The position numbers were made by a program, and so were the translations under genes. The notes beneath the pieces were generated by a model. That model searched no databases. It had not been told where the DNA came from and was given only the letters and a program-made list of their open reading frames with translations. Of a stretch of DNA of 47,315 bases, positions 1 through 9,017 are shown piece after piece. Source of the stretch: an uncultured Caldisericota bacterium (lineage in GTDB: Bacteria; Caldisericota; Caldisericia; UBA6126). The stretch spans positions 1 through 47,315 of the forward strand of contig CAYRBR010000004.1 of the NCBI GenBank assembly GCA_964422555.1, read 5' to 3'. The first letter of the stretch is position 1; each line of letters begins with the position of its first letter.

Positions 1-2
1 TA

Positions 3-680
3 AAGTTACTCTGGGGCAAAGCACGCTTTACTACTTTTGCAATGAATGGGAAAGGGTTAAAAAATGCTCCTCAATCTGGTTCTTATTCCGTTACAATTGA
101 AAGTAAAAATGGTCAATGGCAGAATGTAATTAGCATTGGAACCGATTTTTTATGTAACGCTCATACGGATAATGACGACATTATAAGCTATGTACTCGAT
201 GGAATGATACAGTACAATCGATCTGTATATCCTCATAGCTACACCGACTTAACAGGTAGTTTAATTTTCTCAGGTGACGGAGTAATTCTCAGCAAAGCAA
301 GTGTTCCTATCCCCATATCCACTCTAACTGATCAGTGGTGGAATCATAAATTCTATCAAGTATCTTGGTGCGATTTTCAAAAAATGCAATTCGAAAGCAT
401 TATACAAACTGCCAAAAACCAGTGGAACGAACTTCAACCTTACTTCGAGAAAGATACTTGGAAACAATTAACTTCTCGGGACTATTCTCAATTTGATCTT
501 CTTCTATACCTTCTTGGATTGGGTTTGATTATTTTGTTGCTTTTATTGATAACCATCATCTCAAAAAAATCATCTTGGCTTCTATTAATTGTTGTTGCAG
601 TTGTAGTAGTGTATTTTGTTTACCTTTACAATGCACGGGCTAATCTACAAGACTTACTAGTAGGAATAGATTTATTATAA
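3..680 (+). CDS. Hypothetical membrane-anchored protein, 5'-truncated by window edge
   Basis: Frame is open from nt 3 (KLLWGKARFTTFA precedes the listed Met at 42). Two C-terminal hydrophobic helices. No recognised motif. Confidence 0.6.
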   Translation, partial: KLLWGKARFTTFAMNGKGLKNAPQSGSYSVTIESKNGQWQNVISIGTDFLCNAHTDNDDIISYVLDGMIQYNRSVYPHSYTDLTGSLIFSGDGVILSKASVPIPISTLTDQWWNHKFYQVSWCDFQKMQFESIIQTAKNQWNELQPYFEKDTWKQLTSRDYSQFDLLLYLLGLGLIILLLLLITIISKKSSWLLLIVVAVVVVYFVYLYNARANLQDLLVGIDLL

Positions 681-715
681 TTTCTATATATTTAAGCAAC
701 AGGTGCAAGCGTTAG

Positions 716-1750
716 TTAATCACAGAAATAGGTATGAATGTCCCAGTTCCATACAAAAAAGTTTCCAATAAAGGAAATGAAATCTTCTTTATCAAGTTCT
801 GAATTTCCCATATCATCACTGTCATATTGGAATATTTTGATTCGCTTCCCCATATTCCTTGCTGCAATATTCTTCACATGTACTCTTTTACGCATGGCTA
901 ATTCTGCTTTTGTATATACACGTAGAGATCCGTTACAATAGGTAATCCCGGTACTTTCTTTATTGAAAATAGCATGAAAATACCGTCCTACTAACAATTT
1001 TTGATGTTCGTCCGAGGGAATCTCTTCAAATATCGCATGTAACTCATTTTCAATTGGCTTCCAAACACCTTCAGTAATTCGATAACTAGAATGTCCTTCA
1101 ATGTCCTGCGATTTCATTGTGCAATCTTCTGTTAAAGAAAACATGCTATTCCAATCGGGTTTTTTCGGATACACTTTTGTACCAAATTGTAAAGGAGTAA
1201 AATCGCTTTTTAGAATTTCCAGGAATGGATTTAGTCGTACTTGAAATTGACAGTTACGCTGTTTCACATTTTTGATAATAATCTGACTTAGCCAGTAATT
1301 GGAATGTAAAAATCCTACCGTGGGACATAAAAAGTAAATATAATTCTTGTACCGAAAATAACCATTCGAAAAATCAAAACATTTTGTGCTGATTAAATTA
1401 TCTTTGTTTATTGGAATATTCATCAGGTTTGGTGATTGGTAAGGAGTGGGTCTTACAGCTCGTGAAAGAAGTTCTGTTATTCGAGCTCGCTCAATTTCCT
1501 TGTGCAATACATGAACAAATATTCGAGCCTTTTTACACAAATCCGTTTCATAATCAGCTTCTAAATACTCTAGGTTTTGTTGATAATCTTCTAGCATGTC
1601 TTGTGAAACATAGGTACTTAAATCAGCTAACAAATTATCGTGCTGTGGATGTTCTGGATCTCGGAGTACTTGGAATACACTGTGAATAGGTTCAACTGGA
1701 GTAGTTGCAAAAAAACGGAATGAACGCAATTTAGAAGAAAATTCTGGCAT
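716..1750 (-). CDS. Hypothetical cytoplasmic protein (344 aa)
   Basis: Long ORF with RBS-like GGGGA upstream. C-terminal half has motif-like segments (EEIP, GRYFHAIF, GSLRVY, FFVWN). No function recognised. Confidence 0.75.
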   Translation of the reverse strand: MPEFSSKLRSFRFFATTPVEPIHSVFQVLRDPEHPQHDNLLADLSTYVSQDMLEDYQQNLEYLEADYETDLCKKARIFVHVLHKEIERARITELLSRAVRPTPYQSPNLMNIPINKDNLISTKCFDFSNGYFRYKNYIYFLCPTVGFLHSNYWLSQIIIKNVKQRNCQFQVRLNPFLEILKSDFTPLQFGTKVYPKKPDWNSMFSLTEDCTMKSQDIEGHSSYRITEGVWKPIENELHAIFEEIPSDEHQKLLVGRYFHAIFNKESTGITYCNGSLRVYTKAELAMRKRVHVKNIAARNMGKRIKIFQYDSDDMGNSELDKEDFISFIGNFFVWNWDIHTYFCD

Positions 1751-1928
1751 AGAAATCCCCCTTTGATAACCTTGCTATAAAATTTAATTCCATAAATATC
1801 ATAAAACTTTCAACCCTATAACTTTTATGTAAAATAACTACCTTGCTAAATATACATTTAAAAACAAAATATGCAATAATGTGTCAGTTCTTGTATGAAA
1901 TTAATAATTGCATATCCATTAAAGGTAC

Positions 1929-1957
1929 AAAACTCTGTGGTGGGTGAGAGTTTTTTT
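1929..1957 (+). terminator. Intrinsic terminator-like hairpin in the divergent intergenic region
   Basis: AAAACTCT (1929-1936), 10-nt loop, AGAGTTTT (1947-1954), T-run to 1957. The stem is AT-rich. Confidence 0.4.
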
Positions 1958-2030
1958 ACCAAGAATCGTTTTTCTATTTTTCCAATCTGACTATAATATA
2001 ACTGATTTAAAAAAACTTGGGAGATACAAA

Positions 2031-2834
2031 ATGATAGAGAGTATTTTTACAACCAGCACAATATTAATGATCTGTCTAGTAGCCTTCTTTTTGCTTTTAA
2101 GTTTAGGAATCACACTTGATAATAGAAAAAGGATGAAAAATACTACTCTTAAAAGAGAATATTTAACTTCCTATCAAGAGCTAGAAAATCAGATATCTCC
2201 AAAATTTCGAGAGTATTTTGGAACTCGCTATGCATTAAAACGTATTCAGAAAAGCTATGAGATTCACCAAAAGAATTTAGAACCAATAAAGCAAATTGAT
2301 GCTGATACAGAACAGACCCTTAAAACAATTTTACTCGTTTCCTGGAAAAAGAGGATTGTTCTCAGAAACATTGCTTTCTTTTTATCATTTACTTTGTTCT
2401 TTTTCATTATTATCCAAACTTCGAATATGTTGTTTGCTTCAGCTCCAACCCTTCATGTTACACCCGATTATCCTTTTTGGGATACAGTCCGTTTATGGTT
2501 TTCTTCTGTATCGTTCCGGTATTTTTACACCACTCATATTCAATCAAGTCTCTTTATCTACATCATTATTTTGGCTTTTCTTGCTTTTGCACTTACTCCC
2601 TTAAAACGATATTATGGAAGTAACATCCATATTCAGTTTGGCATAGCTCTTCTTAGCATTTTTGCCTTTGTCTATTTATTCCTTTCTATTGGTTTCCAGT
2701 CAATTGTCATATTCTCTAGTCCAATTACTTTCTGGATATCCGTTGCACTCCTTGTTGCTTGTAGTATTTTTATCATTTGGGATCGAAAAAAAATCAAACA
2801 GGATATTATCAATAGTTTTCCTATGCCTACGTAA
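2031..2834 (+). CDS. Multi-pass membrane protein of unknown function
   Basis: ATG 2031 follows GGGAGA (track starts at 1944). About 6 hydrophobic segments. Ends 2 nt before the ABC ATPase. Confidence 0.75.
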   Translation: MIESIFTTSTILMICLVAFFLLLSLGITLDNRKRMKNTTLKREYLTSYQELENQISPKFREYFGTRYALKRIQKSYEIHQKNLEPIKQIDADTEQTLKTILLVSWKKRIVLRNIAFFLSFTLFFFIIIQTSNMLFASAPTLHVTPDYPFWDTVRLWFSSVSFRYFYTTHIQSSLFIYIIILAFLAFALTPLKRYYGSNIHIQFGIALLSIFAFVYLFLSIGFQSIVIFSSPITFWISVALLVACSIFIIWDRKKIKQDIINSFPMPT

Positions 2835-2836
2835 AC

Positions 2837-3634
2837 ATGATCCACATCAATCACATTAAGAAACGGTTTAAGGTATATCACCGTAAGAAAGGATTACGGG
2901 AATCAATTGCATCTTTTTTTCATCCTAAATGGAAGTGGATCCATGCATTAGAAGATGTTTCGTTCCATGTTCATCCTGGAGAAATTGTTGGATATATTGG
3001 ACCAAACGGAGCTGGTAAATCGACTACTGTGAAAATAATGAGCGGAATTCTAGTTCCAACATCGGGAGACTGCACAATAATGGGAATGACTCCTTGGAAA
3101 AAACGCATTGCATATGTGCAGCATATTGGAGTTGTGTTCGGACAACGCTCTCAGTTGTGGTGGGATGTACCTGTTGGAGATTCCTTTTATCTACTGAAGG
3201 ATATCTACAATGTTCCGGACAAAAAATTTAAACACAATTACGATCAATTGGTGACATTGCTAAATCTATCTGAAATCATCCAGCACCCAGTGCGACAATT
3301 AAGCCTGGGGCAACGCATAAAATGTGAGATCGCAGCTTCGCTTCTACATGGTCCTTCTCTTTTGTTTCTTGACGAACCAACTATCGGATTGGATGCTGTT
3401 GCTAAAATTGCAGTTCGGAAGTTTATTAAACAAATTAACATAGAGAACAAGGTAACCGTTATTCTTACTACTCACGATATGCACGATATCGAAGCCCTTA
3501 CCAAACGTATCATTTTAATTGGTAAGGGAAGAACTCTATTTGATGGTAATGTGGAGATTTTAAAATCTAAATTTCCCGTTGAAGGTACCATAGAAGAAAC
3601 AATTGCAGCCGTATACAAAGAATATGAAATTTAA
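2837..3634 (+). CDS. ABC-2 type exporter ATP-binding subunit
   Basis: Walker A GPNGAGKST, signature LSLGQ, Walker B LFLDEPT, H-loop TTHD. Confidence 0.95.
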   Translation: MIHINHIKKRFKVYHRKKGLRESIASFFHPKWKWIHALEDVSFHVHPGEIVGYIGPNGAGKSTTVKIMSGILVPTSGDCTIMGMTPWKKRIAYVQHIGVVFGQRSQLWWDVPVGDSFYLLKDIYNVPDKKFKHNYDQLVTLLNLSEIIQHPVRQLSLGQRIKCEIAASLLHGPSLLFLDEPTIGLDAVAKIAVRKFIKQINIENKVTVILTTHDMHDIEALTKRIILIGKGRTLFDGNVEILKSKFPVEGTIEETIAAVYKEYEI

Positions 3635-4451
3635 GAGGTGTCTAAATAAGAAAGCCTATTTTTCTTATTTCAAAATTCGAGTTATCCAGGGGTTACAATA
3701 TCGCACTGCAGCCATTGCAGGAGCTTGCACACAGTTCTTCTGGGGATTCATGCTTTTATTTGTCTTTCAGGCTTTTTACACTAGCACTACGAAAACTCAA
3801 CCTATCAGTTACACTCAGCTTGTTCAACTCATCTGGCTTCAACAAGCCTTTCTTGCCTTTATCGTTCTTTGGTTTCGAGATAATGAACTGTTCGAAATGA
3901 TCATTTCAGGATCCATTGCCTATGAGCTTTGCAGACCTATTAACATTTACTCGTTCTGGTTTATCAAGCTTCTTTCTGCTCGAATTACTGGAGCATTTCT
4001 TCGATGCATTCCAATACTAGCGGTAGCATTCTTTCTTCCCACCCCCTATAATTTAACATTTCCTCCTTCACTTCTTCATTTTGTACTATTTCTAATCACG
4101 CTTTTTTTGGGATTATTATTGCTGGTAACCATTTCAATGTTCGTATATATATCTACCTTCTACACCTATTCTGCAGTGGGTTCCATGTTACTTTTTGCTG
4201 TGTTAGGTGAATTCTTCGCTGGGCTCATTATTCCCGTTCCTTTAATGCCTTCTTTGCTTAAAAAAATTGTCTACTTTCTTCCATTCCGTTATACAAGCGA
4301 TTTGCCATTTCGTATCTATTCGGGGAATATTCCTCTTTCCGAAGCATATGTAAGTATTGGCATACAGCTTATCTGGATTGTAGTACTTGGTATTCTAGGT
4401 CGATTGTATCTTTCAAAATCTCTTCACCGGGTAGTGGTTCATGGTGGATAA
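3624..4451 (+). CDS. ABC-2 family permease (DUF990-like); start uncertain
   Basis: Six TM helices, GSIAYELCRP motif, directly after the ATPase. In-frame ATG at 3624; see the start-codon finding. Confidence 0.85.
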   Translation: MKFKRCLNKKAYFSYFKIRVIQGLQYRTAAIAGACTQFFWGFMLLFVFQAFYTSTTKTQPISYTQLVQLIWLQQAFLAFIVLWFRDNELFEMIISGSIAYELCRPINIYSFWFIKLLSARITGAFLRCIPILAVAFFLPTPYNLTFPPSLLHFVLFLITLFLGLLLLVTISMFVYISTFYTYSAVGSMLLFAVLGEFFAGLIIPVPLMPSLLKKIVYFLPFRYTSDLPFRIYSGNIPLSEAYVSIGIQLIWIVVLGILGRLYLSKSLHRVVVHGG

Positions 4452-5246
4452 ATGAGAGTTTATTTCCACTATGTTTCTATATTACTAGCTGCTCAACTTG
4501 AATATAGGACATCTTTTATTCTTCTATCGATTGCACAATTCTTTGTTCCTTTTGTGGTATTTATCTCCATTTTTCTTTTATTCCAACGTTTTCCCACCAT
4601 TGCAGGTTGGTCTTTGTATGAAGTGGCATTTTGTTATGGTGTTATCCATATCTGTTTCTCTATTAGTGAATGTGTGGGAAGAGGATTCGATTCCTTTTCT
4701 GTTCTGGTTAAAAAGGGAGAATTAGATCGGTATCTGGTTCGACCTCAATCGATGTTTTTACAAGTGCTGGGATCTAAATTTGAATTTACCCGAATAGGAC
4801 GATTTGCTCAAAGTATTTTTGTATTAGTCTATGCTATTGCGAACCTTTCCATTGATTGGTCGTGGTTATCAATACTAACAGTTTTGTTTATGATAATAGG
4901 TGGAGTTTTTATTTTCATGGGTATCTTCCTACTAGGTGCAACCTTATGTTTCTGGACAATAGAGGGAATTGAATTAGTAAATATCTTAACAGACGGAGGA
5001 AGAGAGGTAGCACAATATCCACTGAATATTTATCCAGAGGGAGTACGAAAGTTTTTTACTTTTGTCATCCCCTTTGGAGTTATAAATTATCTTCCACTGC
5101 AATATATTTTGGGGAAAATACCAGAAGTAACAACACAGTCAACGCTTCTTTACACATTCATGCCCCTTATTGGAATCGTGTTTCTACTTCCATGTCTTTT
5201 TATTTGGTACATAGGATTAAAGCACTATGCATCAACTGGTTCGTAA
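4452..5246 (+). CDS. ABC-2 family permease (DUF990-like)
   Basis: Hydrophobic, GELDRYLVRP and YPLNIYP motifs, abuts the first permease. Confidence 0.88.
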   Translation: MRVYFHYVSILLAAQLEYRTSFILLSIAQFFVPFVVFISIFLLFQRFPTIAGWSLYEVAFCYGVIHICFSISECVGRGFDSFSVLVKKGELDRYLVRPQSMFLQVLGSKFEFTRIGRFAQSIFVLVYAIANLSIDWSWLSILTVLFMIIGGVFIFMGIFLLGATLCFWTIEGIELVNILTDGGREVAQYPLNIYPEGVRKFFTFVIPFGVINYLPLQYILGKIPEVTTQSTLLYTFMPLIGIVFLLPCLFIWYIGLKHYASTGS

Positions 5247-5273
5247 ATTGAGTATAGATTTCTTCTGTATTCT

Positions 5274-5302
5274 TTGACTTCTTACCTCGGACAGTCCATA
5301 AT
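5274..5302 (+). promoter_or_regulatory. Sigma70-like promoter for the oxidoreductase
   Basis: TTGACT (5274-5279), 17 nt, CATAAT (5297-5302). Confidence 0.55.
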
Positions 5303-5346
5303 AAATAAAAGGTATTTTTTTGGACCAGTACCTAAAAGGAGGCATT

Positions 5347-8300
5347 ATGGATTCGTTACCAATTGAAGCAAGAGAAGAATTGATAAAGCAGTTTGGTGAT
5401 CATAAGTTTGTTAATTTCCAACCCACTGAACGTATCATTTATTCCCATGATATGGGAGCATTGCCTCAAATCATAGATAAAATGATTAATACTGTACCTA
5501 AAGCCGTTGTCCGAGTGAGAAACAAAGAAGATATTGCGTTTCTGGTTTCCTTTTCTAAACGTCATAAAGTTCCTTTAACACCAAGGGGGAATGCCACTTC
5601 AGGGTACGGTGACTCAATGCCATTTGGGAATGGGATAGCAGTAGATTTTATGTCAATGCGCTCCATTTTAGAATTAGATGTAAACAATCTAACCGTTACA
5701 ACTGAACCTGGGATTGTTTTTTGGTTGTTAGAAAGAGAATTAAACAAGAGTAACGTTGCATTACGCGTATATCCTTCGAGTGCCCCAGGTGCTACGGTAG
5801 CAGGATGGATAGGCGAAGGCGGATCAGGTATCGGTAGTTATAAATATGGATATTTCCGAGAGAACGTTGTTTCTGTTGAAGCAATCCTTATGAATGGGGA
5901 AACAAGAATTTTTACAGGAAAAGACTTAGACCTAATCTATTCCTCTCAAGGAACAACAGGATTAATTACCAAAGTAACCATGAAAATACGTAAAAAACTG
6001 CCTATTACACCTTTTGCATTCCACTTTAAAGAACCCGAAGAATACCAGTCTTTTCTTATCGAACTCGCAAAACATGAAGCTTCTGTATATTCGATCAATT
6101 GTTTTCTTGGAGAAAGTCTGCATCGAAAATTCCAGGCGTTACAAGATAGTCAGGGTATTCCATTTTCAATCTATCACAACCAAACAAATACCTCTCATTT
6201 TTCCATTCACGACTATGAAATCGATCACCAGGGAGTATATGCTGTAATTGCTTTAGAAAACAATCTTACAGGGAAACAGTTAAAAACTGTGGCTTCGGAA
6301 TTTCATGGTACTTTACAAAACAATACCTTATCTACTTTTCTGTGGGATGAACGTTTTTATCCTATGAGAGAAAAACGCTTAGGTCCCTCACTAATACCAA
6401 GTGAAGCCATTGTTTCTGTTAAAGAACTTACGAATATATGCCTGGAATCGAAAGAAAAAATCCCAACCTTATCCATGGAAGGCACGCTAGTTAATAAGGA
6501 TGAAATTGTTCTCTTGGGTTTTGTTCTTCATGATGAGAGAACTTTTTCCTTTGCTGTCGATTTTGTTAAATCACTTACATTAATGTCCATAATTGAAAAA
6601 TATGGTGGTCGTCTTTACCAAGTTGGAGTATTCTTTACCGATAAAGCTGAACAAATTAAGGGAAAAGAAACATTACAGAAGCTTCGAGCATTTAAAACAC
6701 AAACTGATCCCCTTAATCTTCTAAACCCTGGGAAACTCTTCCCTTCGAAAGAAATACCATCGCTTGTAAAGATTGCGATGAAAGCAGGTCAAAGTGGGCA
6801 ATCTCTTTCAGCTATGGTATCTAATGTATTAAGTAGATTTCCCCAGTTGAAGAAAAAAGATGTCAATACTATTGCCCATGAAGCATTTGCTTGTGCACAA
6901 TGTGGCTACTGTAAACTGGTTTGTTCCGAGTTTTTTGGAAATGGGTGGGAAAGTTCTGCCCCCAGAGGTAAATTCTATTTTCTCAGAGAGTATTTCCGTG
7001 GAAATCAGGAATTCGATGATTATTTGAAAGACGAGTTTTTGCTCTGTACCACTTGCAAAAAATGCAATTATGTTTGTCAGGTCAATATTCCTATTCAAGA
7101 AAAATGGGACGACATGCGCGGTTTACTAGTACATGACAAAAAGATGGGTACTTTTCCTGCATTCGAAATGATGGGAGGTAGCTGGGAGCAAGCTCTAAAT
7201 ATTTGGACTGGAAGGAAAAATGAACGGTCAGATTGGTTTCCAGAACCCTCAAAAATAGATTTGTCAAATCCATTAAACTATTGGGCAGGATGTACTGCAT
7301 CTTATGTAGAGACCGATATTGGAATAAACTCTATTCGAATCCTTAATGAAGGGAATGTATCGTACCAATATTTGGGCAACGAGGAATCTTGTTGTGGAAT
7401 TCCCTTCTTTATGGCAGGAAAATGGGATACTTTTGAAAAAGTAGTACGATATAACATTGACACTTTTCAAAAACATAATATTACACAAATAGTAACCTCA
7501 TGCCCTGGATGCTGGGTTGCTTTAAATCATTATTATCGAGCATGGGCTAAGAAACTTGGTATTCCTTATAATATTCAGGTTTTTCATATCACAGAACTTG
7601 CGTCCAAACTAATAGAAGAAGGCAAGATAAAAGTGAATCATCTACCAGGTAAGATAACGTATCATGATCCGTGCCACATTGGTAGACATGGAAAAATTTA
7701 TGATGAACCCAGAACCATATTGAAGAATATTGCTGGGAATAATTATGTAGAAATGGAACATAACCGTGACGAAGGTCTTTGCTGTGGAAGCGTTTTAACT
7801 CGCATTTATAAACCAGATATGTCTGATCGAATAGCGGATGTTCGCTTGTGCGAAGCAGAAGATCAAGAAGCTGAAGAAATGGTTACAAATTGTCCCTGCT
7901 GTGAATTCCAGTTTCGTGTTGCTGCCAAGAACCTGGGAAAAGACATTAAAGTTACTGATATTGCTACTTATCTAACCAGGGCTATGGGATTACCTGAATC
8001 TCCTGATCCGAATCCCATGGTTTATAAAATGTGGAATGTTTTTCTTGCTGCCATAACAATGATGACACCAGAAGGTATACGAGAAATGATGAAGGATATG
8101 TTTCCTTCTATGATTGAAGCTATGCCCGATACCTATAAAACAATGACAGAGTCGGTTCTAAAAATGGCTCTTCCGTTGCGGACACCCATGGCAAATGCAT
8201 TTGAAAAAATGCTTCCCATGTTAATGCCAAGACTTCTACCTGATATGCTACCAAAACTAGCCCCTGAGATTCAACAAATAATGGAAGAGCGAATGCCGGA

Positions 8301-8436
8301 TATGCCCGATTCTATGAAAGAAATGTTACCCTCTATTCTACCATCTGTTATGGATCGTGTAATGAAGAGTTTATTACCTCATGTTTCTAAAGGAATAGCC
8401 GTTGATTTTAAGGAATACTTACTTTCACAACCATAA
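5347..8436 (+). CDS. FAD-binding/4Fe-4S/CCG-domain oxidoreductase (GlcD + GlcF/GlpC-like fusion; possible alpha-hydroxy acid dehydrogenase)
   Basis: ATG 5347 after AAAGGAGG. FAD_binding_4-type PRGNATS and GGSG. Two ferredoxin motifs (CAQCGYCKLVC, CTTCKKCNYVC). CCG motifs (ESCCG, SCPGC, YHDPCH, LCCG, NCPCC). Met/Pro tail. Confidence 0.88.
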   Translation: MDSLPIEAREELIKQFGDHKFVNFQPTERIIYSHDMGALPQIIDKMINTVPKAVVRVRNKEDIAFLVSFSKRHKVPLTPRGNATSGYGDSMPFGNGIAVDFMSMRSILELDVNNLTVTTEPGIVFWLLERELNKSNVALRVYPSSAPGATVAGWIGEGGSGIGSYKYGYFRENVVSVEAILMNGETRIFTGKDLDLIYSSQGTTGLITKVTMKIRKKLPITPFAFHFKEPEEYQSFLIELAKHEASVYSINCFLGESLHRKFQALQDSQGIPFSIYHNQTNTSHFSIHDYEIDHQGVYAVIALENNLTGKQLKTVASEFHGTLQNNTLSTFLWDERFYPMREKRLGPSLIPSEAIVSVKELTNICLESKEKIPTLSMEGTLVNKDEIVLLGFVLHDERTFSFAVDFVKSLTLMSIIEKYGGRLYQVGVFFTDKAEQIKGKETLQKLRAFKTQTDPLNLLNPGKLFPSKEIPSLVKIAMKAGQSGQSLSAMVSNVLSRFPQLKKKDVNTIAHEAFACAQCGYCKLVCSEFFGNGWESSAPRGKFYFLREYFRGNQEFDDYLKDEFLLCTTCKKCNYVCQVNIPIQEKWDDMRGLLVHDKKMGTFPAFEMMGGSWEQALNIWTGRKNERSDWFPEPSKIDLSNPLNYWAGCTASYVETDIGINSIRILNEGNVSYQYLGNEESCCGIPFFMAGKWDTFEKVVRYNIDTFQKHNITQIVTSCPGCWVALNHYYRAWAKKLGIPYNIQVFHITELASKLIEEGKIKVNHLPGKITYHDPCHIGRHGKIYDEPRTILKNIAGNNYVEMEHNRDEGLCCGSVLTRIYKPDMSDRIADVRLCEAEDQEAEEMVTNCPCCEFQFRVAAKNLGKDIKVTDIATYLTRAMGLPESPDPNPMVYKMWNVFLAAITMMTPEGIREMMKDMFPSMIEAMPDTYKTMTESVLKMALPLRTPMANAFEKMLPMLMPRLLPDMLPKLAPEIQQIMEERMPDMPDSMKEMLPSILPSVMDRVMKSLLPHVSKGIAVDFKEYLLSQP

Positions 8437-8469
8437 AATTCTGTTACTCCCCATAAAAAACAGACTTCT

Positions 8470-8913
8470 TTAGTTATAGGCTATTCTCAATTCTTCGGTT
8501 ACAAGAGTATCCTGTAGTATTTCTTTCCATTTTGGATCATGCCAAGTATTCAGTTTTGAATGCATTAAAAAATATTTCTGAGGAATGGGGTGGGTTCCAT
8601 ATACAACTTCTACCTGGAATCGCTCTTCTATGAAGCGTTTGAAGTAATCTACAGAGGGACATGGTGGATAGCCTACCAAAAATCCAGTGGCTAAATGTAC
8701 AATCGTTGCTCCGTTTTTTTTCATTTCTTCCACTGCATATTCGATGTTTCCACCAGGGCAACCTTCACAAGTAGTATAGCCAACGATTTCTACATCTTGA
8801 TTTTTGTATCTTGCAAAAGCGCCTTCTCTTTTTTGAAGAGAAGAAAAACACTTCCCCCCTGCACATCTTTGAGATCGATCATAAATAAAAAGGCATATTT
8901 TAGTGGTATCCAA
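8470..8913 (-). CDS. CGGC domain protein (putative metal/Fe-S binding)
   Basis: RCAGGKC, TCEGCPGG, HLATG...YPPCP, VYGTH pattern. TTG start at 8913 after AAGGAG (track starts at 8985). Confidence 0.85.
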   Translation of the reverse strand: MDTTKICLFIYDRSQRCAGGKCFSSLQKREGAFARYKNQDVEIVGYTTCEGCPGGNIEYAVEEMKKNGATIVHLATGFLVGYPPCPSVDYFKRFIEERFQVEVVYGTHPIPQKYFLMHSKLNTWHDPKWKEILQDTLVTEELRIAYN

Positions 8914-9017
8914 GCTGATCTCCTTTAGCGAAAGAATAGTAAAATCATTGCAGTAACAAGTAAATATGTGTAGTATAATAACCATAGAACTGTATGCAAA
9001 TGCAAGGAGATCCTACA

